From IMG/VR virus record IMGVR_UViG_3300028833_000086, positions 1 to 64,000 of that record: a stretch of DNA of 64,000 nt, one strand, 5' to 3'. Origin of the DNA: a virus. Taxonomy: Duplodnaviria; Caudoviricetes. Positions within the stretch are counted from its first letter, which is position 1, and every line of letters starts with the position of its first letter. This document shows, piece by piece, positions 1 through 11,111 of this stretch. The translations under genes and the position numbers were made by a program. A model generated the notes under the pieces. The model saw only the letters and a program-made list of their open reading frames with translations. It was not told the DNA's origin and did not search any database.

Positions 1-8
1 AATCGAGT

Positions 9-56
9 AAAAAAAAAAAAAAAATAGTGGAGCAGGATTTGATTCCTGCCCCACCA
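9..56 (-). terminator. Rho-independent terminator after tape measure gene
   Basis: Minus-strand hairpin TGGTGGGGCAGGA...TCCTGCTCCACTA followed by a 16-nt T run. Confidence 0.85.
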
Positions 57-60
57 GATA

Positions 61-3000
61 TTACAACGAGTATTTACTCAATTTATTTTTACCGAGGGAT
101 GTCCCTATCGTCATCGATTGTACAATCTTTTCAAATGTAGGATCGCTCTTTGCCTTCTGTACGAAGTCTTCATAACTTGTTACATTAGGTAGAGCAAATG
201 ATACATTCATGCCGTTGACTGTAGTGTTACCACCAATATTACTAATGGTCTTAGGATTCATTGCGGCAAGAGGCTGCATCATTTTAAAGATACCTTGCAT
301 CTGTTTTACACGTTCGAGAGAGAGAACTTCTTCTCCACTACGAGCAAGGATTATACCGTCCTCACCAGTTTTCTTGATTGCGTGACCAATTGTACCACCC
401 TTAGCATATGCGCCTTTTGATATTCTAGTATTTATACCATTACTATCTAATTCGTCTAATAATTTTCTATAATAAATAAAAGAATCATAATAACTTCTAA
501 CTTGTTTTTCCGCATTATCTTTTGCAATTCCATCGGGTAATTTGTTCATATTATTTTTTGCTTGAGTATATGCATTTAAGTAAAATTCATACATTTTCTG
601 ATATTCTTTTCTTTTGGCTTCTAACGCTTTCTCAGTGGAATCATCATTTTCATCATTCTGTTTATACTTTTTATTGGTGCTAGGATCACTATTATTACTA
701 TTCGACGAGCTACTAGGCGTTACATTGATTTGAGCCTGTCTTTGCGCAGCACTAACAGCCGCCTGTGTTGCCACGGTAGCAGCAAGCGCCTGCAATTGTG
801 CAAGCTCATTGGATGCGTTTACATTTGCCGCCGTAATCATATTATTAATAGCGTTTTCGACATTATTAACTGTACCAATTACATCGCTTATACGCGCATC
901 AATGTTCATACCGAATGAAGTATTATCAAGTTCATATAAGAACTCGTCTGCTTCTGTCTGAATAGTTTGCGAGATACCTACGGCACTATCTGCGGTCTGC
1001 TGTATAGCCTGTTCTACCAAACCATCAAGATCGTCAAGACGATCATTGATAAGTTTCTCGAACGAGTTATACATATTATCCATCATCTTTTCTTGATCGG
1101 ACAACCACTGTTCATACTCAGTCTGCTGAAGTTCTTTTTCAGCAGCATTCAGATTATTTGCTAACTCCTGTAAGCGTGCCTGAGTTTCCTCAGAGTCATC
1201 ACCGCCGAGCGCAGATATCTGTTTCTGATAACTTGCAATAGCTTTAGTTTGTTCCGCTACGGTATTCTCATAGTCGTACAAACTCTTTTGAGCTTCCAAT
1301 GCCTCTTTACGTTTGTCAATTGACTTCTGTAAATAATCAAGGAACGTCTCATATCCTTCTTGGATCAGATCTTTAATAGCGTGTTTCTCGTCGTCTATAC
1401 CCTTAATAATATCTTGTTGCTGGTCAATGAGGTCATTACGACGCTCCAGTATCTTCTTATTATTAGGATCATTTGCGAGCTCTTTATTTATTTTCTTTAT
1501 CTCATCGGCATATGTCTCATTTTGCTTTTCAAGTATCTTTAAGTTATTAACATGTAATCCTTGTACAGCAAGCGCAGCATCACTCATATTACCATTTGCA
1601 TACAAGTCTTCACCGATGTATGCGATCTTTTCGAACATTTGCTCTTCGCCTTGAAGAACATCGATAAGGAAATTATTCTCCTCAGTCAGACGATTAACAG
1701 CGTTGGCAATGTAGTCAAACTTATCCCACTCAAGTTGTCTGAGTTGATCATTGAGGTCGGCGATTGTTGCACCCATCTCAACGATCTGGTCATTAACATT
1801 CTGAAGAGCATCATACATACCCCACCATTGTTCTGAGCCGTATGCAATGTCACCATTAGTTACAGCCTCATCAATGGACGCGGCAAGTGCTTGAGCTTCT
1901 TGTTTAAGCTGTCCGAGCTTCTCCTCATTGCCAGCCTTAAGCTGCTTAATAAGTGCGGCAGATTCGAAATATCCTTCGGACGCTATCTTGTTTTGAATAG
2001 ATCCAATGCGGTTAGCGGCATGATCAATAGCAAGTGCCATTTCTTCGAACTGCTTGGTAATATTGTCGAATCTTGTTTGTGCTAAATTTGCAATCTCTTG
2101 TTCAAGATCTTGAACAGTATCAATACACTCATTTGCGCGATCATAATAATCTTGGAAGTCACTTATTTGCTCTTTGAGCTTTTCGTCAGTAACGGTCTCA
2201 ATATCCATCATACCGTTCATGACTTTATCCATATATACAGGATTGAGTCCGACAGCATACGCTTCTTGCATATACGCATCCGCTGCTTGTTGTTGAAGAA
2301 GAATTTCTTCTTGAAGCTTTTCGTATTTGCCAGTTACGCCGCCAAGACGTTCTTCCCATTTCTTATACGTTGCATCGGCAACCTTGCCGAGATTGGTTAC
2401 GGCGCGCTGGATTTTCTTGATCGCACGTTCTATCCAGTCAAACTTTTGTTTGGAATCAGACTTGCTAGAAGTAGAAGAGGACTTAGACGAATTCCCATCA
2501 TAATTAGGATTTTCAATTTCTACATCTGACTCGTATTTAACTTCAACCCTTTCAAGATAGCTATCAAGATCAGCTTGCGCACTATCTAATTGTTTTTCTA
2601 AGGCTGCAATTTGATATGAATTATTCCCGTCTTCTCTTGCGGTTTTAAGCTGAGATTCAAGACTTTCAACATATTCTAATTTTTTCTTAGCCTCTGCTAA
2701 TCCCTGTATCTTATCAATAGATATATCTAATTGATCACAGAGCTTGATAAGATTTTTAACATCATCTGATGTTTGAATGTCCAAACTATTGGCTAAAATT
2801 CTTGCATTATAATAATCGCTTAACGCTTCAGTAGTAGCTATTGCCCTTAATTCTTCATCGTCAAATGCTCCTAATTCCTTATCGATATCAATATCTGCTT
2901 CTGCCGCCGCTTCTTTTGCTGCCGCATAAGTTTCCATGGTATAACCAAGCCTACTCATAACTACAGCTTCAGCATTGGTTACGCCCATCTCTGTAAGAGT

Positions 3001-6000
3001 TTTCTGCATTAATGCAGCTGTTTCACCAGATGCCTGACTAAGCGCAGGATTAAGACTGTCTACAAGTATAGTAGCGATATTATTAAACGCCTCTTGTACT
3101 TCTTCTTCTTTAGTAGCAAATTCATCTGATAATATCTCAGATGTAGACAAGGTCATGATGAATTCATTTACCGCATCGGTATCAAATCCCTCGCCGCCAG
3201 CCTCTTTAAGTGAAGCATCTAGAGATTCAATCTGAGCCCTAACACTTTCAATTTGTTCTGAGCTTACTTCGCTAATATCAAAACCATCAGTAGACCATAT
3301 AGCCTTATAGGCTTCAGCCATAGAATTAAATACTGGTTTATACTGAGACTCCATATTCTTGAGCATAGTAGAAGCATCAAGAGCCTTATCAAGATCAGAT
3401 GTAGCAAGAGCAAGCATATGGGCAGCTTCTTCATAAGTCTTGGCCGTTCCAAACACTTTCTGATTCCAGACATCTAATGTTTCAGAGGTTTTTATTCCTA
3501 AACTATCAAATTGTTCCCCAGTCATTAGACCAGACTCCATTGCTTTTTTACGAGCCTCGGCGATCTTATTATCTAATGTTGTCCTGTCATTATCTCTAAC
3601 ATTACTGTTATTGAGAAGCCAGTTTATTGCCTCATCATTAAGTAACCCAGTTTCATTAATAACTCTCTGTATTTCTAGTAATACCTTTTCTTGATCTTCA
3701 GAAAAACCAGAGGTCAATCCGCTTAGGTATTTTCTAATATCTTCAGATGTTAAACCGTAATTATTAGCTCTTTCCCCTAATGATCCAAGATATTGTTCAG
3801 CCGTCTGAGATTCACTTTCATTTCGTCTTCTTAATGCAGCTGTTACAGTGGTAGAACGTAAAGTATTATCAACTTCGGAGGCTAATATATCACTCATATA
3901 ATTTTTAAAATATGAGTCTGAACTTAACCAATTTTTAATACTCTTGTTATCTGTTCCAAAATATAGATTTTTTAAATTTTGTTTTAGAGCTTCTTCTGTC
4001 TCTTCAGTATTTTCTTGAACATTTTTGATGTAGCTATCCATCAAAAGGTCGTATAGATCGCCATATTTATCTGCGGCTTCAGTTTCTCCGTAGGCAAGAT
4101 AGGTGGATTGCCTTTCGTCTAATTCTTTTTGTAATTCATCAATATATGCGGTGATATATTCGGCAGTTGTATCATCTGCTTGTGTTCGTGCCTGTTTTAA
4201 TATTTTTATATCATCTTCAATATTTCCAGTAGTAAAATAATGTTCGTTTGTTTTCTCGTCATATTTAACGAACTGGCCGTACCCAAGATTTTGCAAAGCT
4301 TGATATAATGTTGATCCACTATCAAATCCTCTGAATTTACCTTCTTCAAAAAATGCGATAGTTTCTTCGAGTTCATTATTACCCCAGCCCGTCTTGGTTC
4401 CTCTTGCGGTATCTACTGTTTCTTTATTTTTTATTTGTCTATTTGTAATAAGTAATTTATTTTGTGCTTCAAGTCCCGCGTTTACATCTCCAATAAGAGT
4501 ACTATAATTATCAAAAGATTCATTAAGTTCGTCTTGGATATCTTTTAATTCATTTTCAGCCGCAATTATTTCATCCGTAGTTGAACGATTATCCTTAATT
4601 ACTTTATTACAATCTGCAATTCTTTTTGCATAATCCTCAAGGGATTTATTGGTTTCTTGATTTTCGTTTGCGAGATCTCTAGCTGCTTGTTGAGCCTCTC
4701 TGATACTTTGCTTGTATTTTGCATATGCGGTTACGATCACCGTGGCTATTACAGATGCTACGGCAACTCCAATATTTACCATTGCCGACATCTTGGCAGC
4801 ATGTAAAGCAGCTGCTTCTGCTGCGGCGTTTTGTGCATCGGCCAATCCTTCTACTGCGCTTTCGACCTTTGCAATACTTTTGGGAGAAGTACCAATTTGA
4901 GTCATTAAATAATCTTTTGCCTCTTTGGTTATTTTCTTCCCTCTTAAATCATTAAGATCGGTTAGATTATTGGCTACATCTTCAACGCCTAAAATAGTAG
5001 GAGCCGCTATATTAGGAGTCCTTAATGTTTTTACTGCATTTAATAACCCATAATTCTTGTCAGTAAGGACATGCGATTTAGCTGCAACACCAATACCCAA
5101 TCCAGCCAAAGCAGTTCCGACACCACCAAGTAAATCAGTAATTTCCTTAAGACCATTAATGAGTGTAGTACCAAAATCAATTACATCATTAATAAAACCT
5201 GAATCTACAAGACTAGTAATGAGCTCATCAACTGCGTTCTTAAACATAGTCATGTGTGCTTCTACGCTAGTAAGATATTTCTCGTTCTCGCGCATTGCAC
5301 TACCTTCAGCATCTTGAGCCGCCTCATATGCTTCCCGAATAGTATCAGGATTGGTCAAAATACTTGCTGCAATATTTGAACGGTTTTTACCAGCGAGCAA
5401 TTCTACAAGAGCATTGGCTCTGTTTGTACCTGCTTGCCTATCTTCGAGCTGGATCTCCTTATAAATATCTGCAATGTCTTGCATGATTTCATAAGTACTA
5501 CGAAGATTACCATTTTCATTATAGATATCAACGCCCTTGAATCCGTTTGAAGCAACAGCAGTATAATCCATAATGAGCTTACGAGTTTTAGATTCCGTTC
5601 TTACAACAAAATCATCAACACCTTCTCCAAGCTCGGCAAGTTCATCCTTTGCCTCTTTAGTACCCGCAATCCTAAGTGCAATTGTTCTAATACCAGTACC
5701 AGTTTTAAGAGCATCCTGAGTGATGACGTTACCACCAACTACAAGCGCAAGCGCCTCATTTAAATCATTACCCTGAGTAGTCAGTGCTGCTGCAGAGTTT
5801 TGAAGGGCAGTTGCAAGCTGATCAGTAGCAATAGGAAATTCATTACCAAGTTTATTAATCTTGTCGACGATTTCCATTTTATCAAGTTCAGCATATGCCT
5901 GAGATGCAGAGACAAGTGCCTGAGTTGCGCTATTAATATCTTGGAACTCAGATACGTTCATAAGGATCTGAGCTGCCTTTGCAGACTCAGCAGCTTCAGT

Positions 6001-9000
6001 AAGCGACTCACCTATACGCATCCAGTCAGCTGTAGATTGCTCAAGAGTAAGAGCAGAGGAACCTATGGCGTCAGCAGTATCGAACAATGTCTGTTGATAT
6101 CTTTCAAGAGAGTATCTTGTCTCATCAGATACCTTCATCATTTCTATCAATGCAGAATCATATTGCTTTACGACAGTAACTGCTTCACGCATATAGCGAA
6201 TGATGTCATAGAATGAGAAGAACTGTGCCAGCATCTGATAATTTTTGTGGCGCCATTCTTTCATAAAATTACCGAAGAATGTTCTATCGGACTTACTTAC
6301 CGTACCAGTAAGTTGAGAAATCTCTTTAGCCCAACCCTTATATTCTTCAGTTAATACTTCTCTAGCGTCATCATTTGCCACTTCTTGAAGTTGCCTTCTA
6401 AGTTCTCTTACACGAGACAGAACGGCAGGATCAGTCTTAACTTCGTTAATCTGTAGGTTATCTAATTTTCTGATAAGACCTTTTACGTCAAGCTTGTCTA
6501 CAACGGTTTGATTAATCGCTTCTCCGACAGTTTTTTGAAGATTTATTAATTCCTCTGTTATCGATTCAGTATCTATTTCAGAATAGTCATTATTATTTTG
6601 AGCGGTTTTAAATATATTTTCGAGCTCTTCGATTCTTTCTTTTGACTTTGTTATTGTGTCTTGTGCGGACTTGGAAAGATTTTTATCCTTGCCTTTATTA
6701 ATAGTATTATTTATACCAGCTATTGCGTTTAAAAAACCATTAATCTCTTTAGCTTTAGAGATTAAAGAATTAGATATTATGTCTAAATTATTTATTCCGT
6801 TTCTAATACCTTGAATTGCATCTAAACGTATCTGAACGGAATTTTCATTTGGTTCGTCAATAGAAGATAAAAGTATTTGCCCATTTTCGATTAATTCATC
6901 TTTTATAATTTGTAATGCATTTTTTAAAGTTTCATCTGTTGTTGATGCTAATATTTCGTTTATCTTTGTAATATAATCATTAATACCTTTATGTAAATTA
7001 TTTGAATTACTTCCTGATATATCTTCTTCTATATTTGTCCCAACAATAAACATATCCAACATAGATTGAAAAGGCATTTTTGTTGGAGCTTTTTCAGTGA
7101 AAAAATCCGAACCATTATATAGCTTATTTAGCTTATCATTTGAAATTATTGCATTATTTTTTATTGCCTTATCAGCTATTGTAAATAAATTTGAATCTAT
7201 AAAATTACTTAATTCATTTTTATTTTTAATATCGGTTCCAAGGTTATTAACTAATTCTTCGATTATGTTGGAAACAATATTTAGTTTTTGTATTTCATCT
7301 TCAGTTAGGGGTATCAACTCCTTATTTGTTACATCGACAAATTCACCTTGCTTATTTCTCTCATAGATAGAATAATTATTATCGGTTATTTTATTTAAAA
7401 AAGAACCTCTTAACAATCGTTCGGTATCCTTATCATTAAAGGAAATAATATCATCACCTTGTAATGTAACTCGTGATAAAAATTGGGCCGCTAATGATTT
7501 GATAATAGTATTTTTGAAAGCGTCTTGAATTTCGTTTTTATTATTATTGAGTAAATTGGAATAATCTATTGTAGATAATTTTCCAGAGCCAAAATCAATA
7601 ATTGAAGAAGCGAACTCATCAAAGGTGTTACTATAATTCCCTTTCTTTTTTTCAAAATCTACTTGCTTGATTTTATTTGATAAAGCTGAAAAATCATTTA
7701 TCAAATCTGCATATGATGGTATGACTACTCCGCTTGGATGGTTGTGAACTTTTTCTACCGTGTATGCACTCACTGGTGTGGAATGTGTTGAATCAGATTT
7801 TAATGCAGTGATAGCACTTTTTTCTTCATATATTTTATTATTATTACGATCTTTCGTAACATGAAAGTGCATTTCTTTAGATAGATCAATATCATTAGAG
7901 GTTAAATTATCAATAAAATTATCATATATTTTATCTATGATTTTTATTGTGTTAAGTTTTTTTTGTAATTTTTTTGTAGCTTTTTTAGCTTTTTCAGATA
8001 TATTATTCGGATATATCATCGTTTTATATTTATTATTATATTGTTCAGATGCGATATCCTCTAAGACATTATCATTTTTACTGGAGTTAATTATTGACAA
8101 TAATATTTTTTCTTGTTTATTTAAAAACTTTATTAATGATTCATCTAAATTATTTCCGATATTTGTATTATATTGTTTGATTAATTTTTCAAAATTAGAG
8201 GATGTATTTTTATTATTTTCTTTTTCATTAATATCTTTTGATTTATTAGAAATTCCTTTTTTAACATTAATCGTAGCACTATTTATTGTTTGTTTTGCAT
8301 TAGCAATATTCTCAGTTCCTTTAATGTTAATCGTTGCGCTATTAACATTTATGTTAGCCTTTTCAATGTTTTGATGTGCATTTGTCGTAGTTACATTTTC
8401 ATTAGTGTTTGTGGCCTCCGCTACAGTTTTATAACCCTTGGTAAGCATTGTATTAATAAGCTTACCAATCTCATTATCCTGATATTGCGGTGCAACTTTA
8501 AAGTCAACTCCACTCTTGAGAACATCATCTACAAATCTTTTTATACTTAATTCACTACCAAGTCCCTTTTCTTGTACTGTTTGCATGTCATACAATTTAT
8601 TAAAACGTTGAAACAGTTTTGACATTTGCTGTGCTTCTTGAGCTTTGACTTTAGATTCTTCTGAACTACTGGTGGTAGATTTAAATGCCTGAAGTGCATC
8701 ATCATATCCATTTCTAAGCATTGCATCTATAATGCGTCCAGTAGTTGAAGATGCGATAGCTTTTGGAGATCCAAATTCTGTGACACCAACTTTTCTTAAA
8801 TCTTTAACAAAACTCTCAATATTTTTAAAGTTTAGTTTATCATTAAACTCATCAGCTAATAGTTCATGAAAACGTTTATTGGCAAGAGCAATTAATTCAT
8901 CACGATTGGCAACTAAATTTGCCTCCTGTGTTTTGCTGGTGGTATTAACTTTTGCATCCGTTATATTTACATTTGCATTAGTGACTTTCTGTTCTGCGTT

Positions 9001-11097
9001 TTGTACATTATCTACTTTTTTATCTTTTTTAGATTCTTTAGAAATTTCTTGAGTAGTTTTAATCTCCGACTTAGATGTAATAGATGCTATATTTGCATTA
9101 GTAAATGTAGTATCGGCATTGGCTATATTGATTGTTGCTGTACCAACTTCAATGGTGGCGGCATCAATTTTCTGTATAGCATCTTTAATCTCTTCAGCCA
9201 CAGATTCACTTACGCCTTCCACGTCTTGTGAAAGTTCACCTAAAATTTCTTTCTGTCTTTTGATAAGAGATTCAAGTTGTTGATTATAGAAGGAAAGAGA
9301 TTTATCACTACCTCCTCCTTGAATCTTACTAGAAAGTTCTTTTATCCTGCGAGAGTTATCATTAAACTCGCCAATTAATGGGTTGGCTCCGTTAGGGTAT
9401 TTGGTCTTCTTTATGGCTTCAGGAACCGAACCATATATACCATCTACGAGTCCTTTGACAATCTGCTTTAACCTATTCTTATATAAATCAGAATAATCTA
9501 ATGTAGCCCCCGTTTCCTTTATTGCATTAACGAGCTGCATAATTTTATTAGGATCAATTTTGTCTAACGCCTCAAGTTCTTCGAATTGTTTATTAATCTC
9601 TTCAGATTGATTTTTACCCTCAACAATATTCGCATTTACATTAATTGGTACTGCTCCAAGTTCGTTAGATAATTGCTCTCTAAAATTTTTAATTGCAGAG
9701 TCTTCAATTTTTAATTTACCGACAGAGAAACCGTCTTTACTTAAACTATCTTTAAGTTTAGATATAGATCTATTTAAAGCATCAGAGAAGTCTTTACCAA
9801 ATGCGTCTTGTAAACCATAAATACGTTCAGCAAGTTTTTCGTCTATTTTTCCGTTCTTAGTATTTGCAAGCTGTTCTTTAATTGATTTTATATATTTCTT
9901 AGTCTGTGTAGTTCCCCATGAAGGATTAATTATTGCGTCTAATTCTACAGGGTTTTTATCAACATACTTTTGAAGATTATTAATTACCGCTTTAAGTTCT
10001 GCGATTAATTCAGCTCCAACGCCTTCTTTAATTACAACATCAGTGGTAATATCAGATGTAGTATTTTTTTTATCAGATTTTGTCTTAACTTTAGATTCAG
10101 TAACTGCTTTTTTAGTAGGCTCTTTAATTTCTGAAGGAACACTTTCAAGAGATTTTTTTATTGTGTTTATTGATGAAGTAAAATCGTTGGAAATATTCTC
10201 CATGACTGCATCAATAAAATCATATATTTCATCAAAGGTTCTATACACCTCTCCTTGAAGATTCGGGAAAGATTTGATCACCTCGTTAATACTTGCAGTC
10301 ATTTCTTTAGTTACGTTGTCGCCAGCACGTTCGCTGAGATCTTCCATTCCATAAAACGCGCTAAATGACTCTTTTAATTTATTTAAAGCATTTACTTGCG
10401 CTTTTGCCGCTTTTTCTATATCATCGGCAGATCCGAAATTAAGTTTTAAATCATTATATTTTGCTGTAGTATCTGCTAAATCTTTTAAATCTTTTTGTAG
10501 TTTTGTTTTTACTTTTTCAAATTCATCGTTTATATCATCAGCATTTGATAATTTAAAAATCTTTGAAACATCAATACTTTCTTCATCCACCTCGGCATTA
10601 ACAGATTGTAGTAATTGCTCGAATGATTTCTTTAATTTTTCTCCACCTTCTTGTATTGATTTGGTAGCATTATTAAGACTAGTGTCAATTCCAGTAGCCA
10701 TATTCCCAATTTCTTTGGTTATATTTCCAGCAACTTGTTTAACACCAACATCTCCAACATTAGATAATTGTTTGGAGAAATTATTCATTCTAGATGATAA
10801 AGCATCCACTTCAACTTTAACATCGGCAATTGCCGTGGCCAACATTGATAAATCGCTAAGCGTTTTAGGATCAAGTCCGCCCGCCTTAGAAAGCACATCT
10901 ATTTTATCTGTCATGGCGCTAATCTGTTTTACGGCACCAGCTAATGCTTTTTCTACATTTTTAAGCCTTGGCTCAAGATCCTTATCGAGTTTCATGTTGG
11001 CTAAGTCTTTGCTCATGCCTTGGATTTGGCTGCTAATCTCTTGAGTATTTTGGAGATCAACAGCAATACCAACGCTGATTACTTTTGATTTGCTCAT
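61..11097 (-). CDS. Tail tape measure protein (3678 aa) with an internal JAB/MPN-like motif
   Basis: Very long helical/coiled-coil ORF downstream of the tail genes. TMP core (YDSALIEMMKVSDET...KINKLGNEF...GTGIRTIALRI...LAGKNRSN). HNHPSGVVIPSYAD near aa 1118. Confidence 0.93.
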   Translation of the reverse strand: MSKSKVISVGIAVDLQNTQEISSQIQGMSKDLANMKLDKDLEPRLKNVEKALAGAVKQISAMTDKIDVLSKAGGLDPKTLSDLSMLATAIADVKVEVDALSSRMNNFSKQLSNVGDVGVKQVAGNITKEIGNMATGIDTSLNNATKSIQEGGEKLKKSFEQLLQSVNAEVDEESIDVSKIFKLSNADDINDEFEKVKTKLQKDLKDLADTTAKYNDLKLNFGSADDIEKAAKAQVNALNKLKESFSAFYGMEDLSERAGDNVTKEMTASINEVIKSFPNLQGEVYRTFDEIYDFIDAVMENISNDFTSSINTIKKSLESVPSEIKEPTKKAVTESKVKTKSDKKNTTSDITTDVVIKEGVGAELIAELKAVINNLQKYVDKNPVELDAIINPSWGTTQTKKYIKSIKEQLANTKNGKIDEKLAERIYGLQDAFGKDFSDALNRSISKLKDSLSKDGFSVGKLKIEDSAIKNFREQLSNELGAVPINVNANIVEGKNQSEEINKQFEELEALDKIDPNKIMQLVNAIKETGATLDYSDLYKNRLKQIVKGLVDGIYGSVPEAIKKTKYPNGANPLIGEFNDNSRRIKELSSKIQGGGSDKSLSFYNQQLESLIKRQKEILGELSQDVEGVSESVAEEIKDAIQKIDAATIEVGTATINIANADTTFTNANIASITSKSEIKTTQEISKESKKDKKVDNVQNAEQKVTNANVNITDAKVNTTSKTQEANLVANRDELIALANKRFHELLADEFNDKLNFKNIESFVKDLRKVGVTEFGSPKAIASSTTGRIIDAMLRNGYDDALQAFKSTTSSSEESKVKAQEAQQMSKLFQRFNKLYDMQTVQEKGLGSELSIKRFVDDVLKSGVDFKVAPQYQDNEIGKLINTMLTKGYKTVAEATNTNENVTTTNAHQNIEKANINVNSATINIKGTENIANAKQTINSATINVKKGISNKSKDINEKENNKNTSSNFEKLIKQYNTNIGNNLDESLIKFLNKQEKILLSIINSSKNDNVLEDIASEQYNNKYKTMIYPNNISEKAKKATKKLQKKLNTIKIIDKIYDNFIDNLTSNDIDLSKEMHFHVTKDRNNNKIYEEKSAITALKSDSTHSTPVSAYTVEKVHNHPSGVVIPSYADLINDFSALSNKIKQVDFEKKKGNYSNTFDEFASSIIDFGSGKLSTIDYSNLLNNNKNEIQDAFKNTIIKSLAAQFLSRVTLQGDDIISFNDKDTERLLRGSFLNKITDNNYSIYERNKQGEFVDVTNKELIPLTEDEIQKLNIVSNIIEELVNNLGTDIKNKNELSNFIDSNLFTIADKAIKNNAIISNDKLNKLYNGSDFFTEKAPTKMPFQSMLDMFIVGTNIEEDISGSNSNNLHKGINDYITKINEILASTTDETLKNALQIIKDELIENGQILLSSIDEPNENSVQIRLDAIQGIRNGINNLDIISNSLISKAKEINGFLNAIAGINNTINKGKDKNLSKSAQDTITKSKERIEELENIFKTAQNNNDYSEIDTESITEELINLQKTVGEAINQTVVDKLDVKGLIRKLDNLQINEVKTDPAVLSRVRELRRQLQEVANDDAREVLTEEYKGWAKEISQLTGTVSKSDRTFFGNFMKEWRHKNYQMLAQFFSFYDIIRYMREAVTVVKQYDSALIEMMKVSDETRYSLERYQQTLFDTADAIGSSALTLEQSTADWMRIGESLTEAAESAKAAQILMNVSEFQDINSATQALVSASQAYAELDKMEIVDKINKLGNEFPIATDQLATALQNSAAALTTQGNDLNEALALVVGGNVITQDALKTGTGIRTIALRIAGTKEAKDELAELGEGVDDFVVRTESKTRKLIMDYTAVASNGFKGVDIYNENGNLRSTYEIMQDIADIYKEIQLEDRQAGTNRANALVELLAGKNRSNIAASILTNPDTIREAYEAAQDAEGSAMRENEKYLTSVEAHMTMFKNAVDELITSLVDSGFINDVIDFGTTLINGLKEITDLLGGVGTALAGLGIGVAAKSHVLTDKNYGLLNAVKTLRTPNIAAPTILGVEDVANNLTDLNDLRGKKITKEAKDYLMTQIGTSPKSIAKVESAVEGLADAQNAAAEAAALHAAKMSAMVNIGVAVASVIATVIVTAYAKYKQSIREAQQAARDLANENQETNKSLEDYAKRIADCNKVIKDNRSTTDEIIAAENELKDIQDELNESFDNYSTLIGDVNAGLEAQNKLLITNRQIKNKETVDTARGTKTGWGNNELEETIAFFEEGKFRGFDSGSTLYQALQNLGYGQFVKYDEKTNEHYFTTGNIEDDIKILKQARTQADDTTAEYITAYIDELQKELDERQSTYLAYGETEAADKYGDLYDLLMDSYIKNVQENTEETEEALKQNLKNLYFGTDNKSIKNWLSSDSYFKNYMSDILASEVDNTLRSTTVTAALRRRNESESQTAEQYLGSLGERANNYGLTSEDIRKYLSGLTSGFSEDQEKVLLEIQRVINETGLLNDEAINWLLNNSNVRDNDRTTLDNKIAEARKKAMESGLMTGEQFDSLGIKTSETLDVWNQKVFGTAKTYEEAAHMLALATSDLDKALDASTMLKNMESQYKPVFNSMAEAYKAIWSTDGFDISEVSSEQIESVRAQIESLDASLKEAGGEGFDTDAVNEFIMTLSTSEILSDEFATKEEEVQEAFNNIATILVDSLNPALSQASGETAALMQKTLTEMGVTNAEAVVMSRLGYTMETYAAAKEAAAEADIDIDKELGAFDDEELRAIATTEALSDYYNARILANSLDIQTSDDVKNLIKLCDQLDISIDKIQGLAEAKKKLEYVESLESQLKTAREDGNNSYQIAALEKQLDSAQADLDSYLERVEVKYESDVEIENPNYDGNSSKSSSTSSKSDSKQKFDWIERAIKKIQRAVTNLGKVADATYKKWEERLGGVTGKYEKLQEEILLQQQAADAYMQEAYAVGLNPVYMDKVMNGMMDIETVTDEKLKEQISDFQDYYDRANECIDTVQDLEQEIANLAQTRFDNITKQFEEMALAIDHAANRIGSIQNKIASEGYFESAALIKQLKAGNEEKLGQLKQEAQALAASIDEAVTNGDIAYGSEQWWGMYDALQNVNDQIVEMGATIADLNDQLRQLEWDKFDYIANAVNRLTEENNFLIDVLQGEEQMFEKIAYIGEDLYANGNMSDAALAVQGLHVNNLKILEKQNETYADEIKKINKELANDPNNKKILERRNDLIDQQQDIIKGIDDEKHAIKDLIQEGYETFLDYLQKSIDKRKEALEAQKSLYDYENTVAEQTKAIASYQKQISALGGDDSEETQARLQELANNLNAAEKELQQTEYEQWLSDQEKMMDNMYNSFEKLINDRLDDLDGLVEQAIQQTADSAVGISQTIQTEADEFLYELDNTSFGMNIDARISDVIGTVNNVENAINNMITAANVNASNELAQLQALAATVATQAAVSAAQRQAQINVTPSSSSNSNNSDPSTNKKYKQNDENDDSTEKALEAKRKEYQKMYEFYLNAYTQAKNNMNKLPDGIAKDNAEKQVRSYYDSFIYYRKLLDELDSNGINTRISKGAYAKGGTIGHAIKKTGEDGIILARSGEEVLSLERVKQMQGIFKMMQPLAAMNPKTISNIGGNTTVNGMNVSFALPNVTSYEDFVQKAKSDPTFEKIVQSMTIGTSLGKNKLSKYSL

Positions 11098-11111
11098 AAT
11101 TCCACCTCACT

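Noticed and set aside
9-24. 16-nt poly-A as a phase-variation or retro-insertion signal
   Set aside because: It is the U tract of the TMP terminator; its length may be a homopolymer sequencing artefact.
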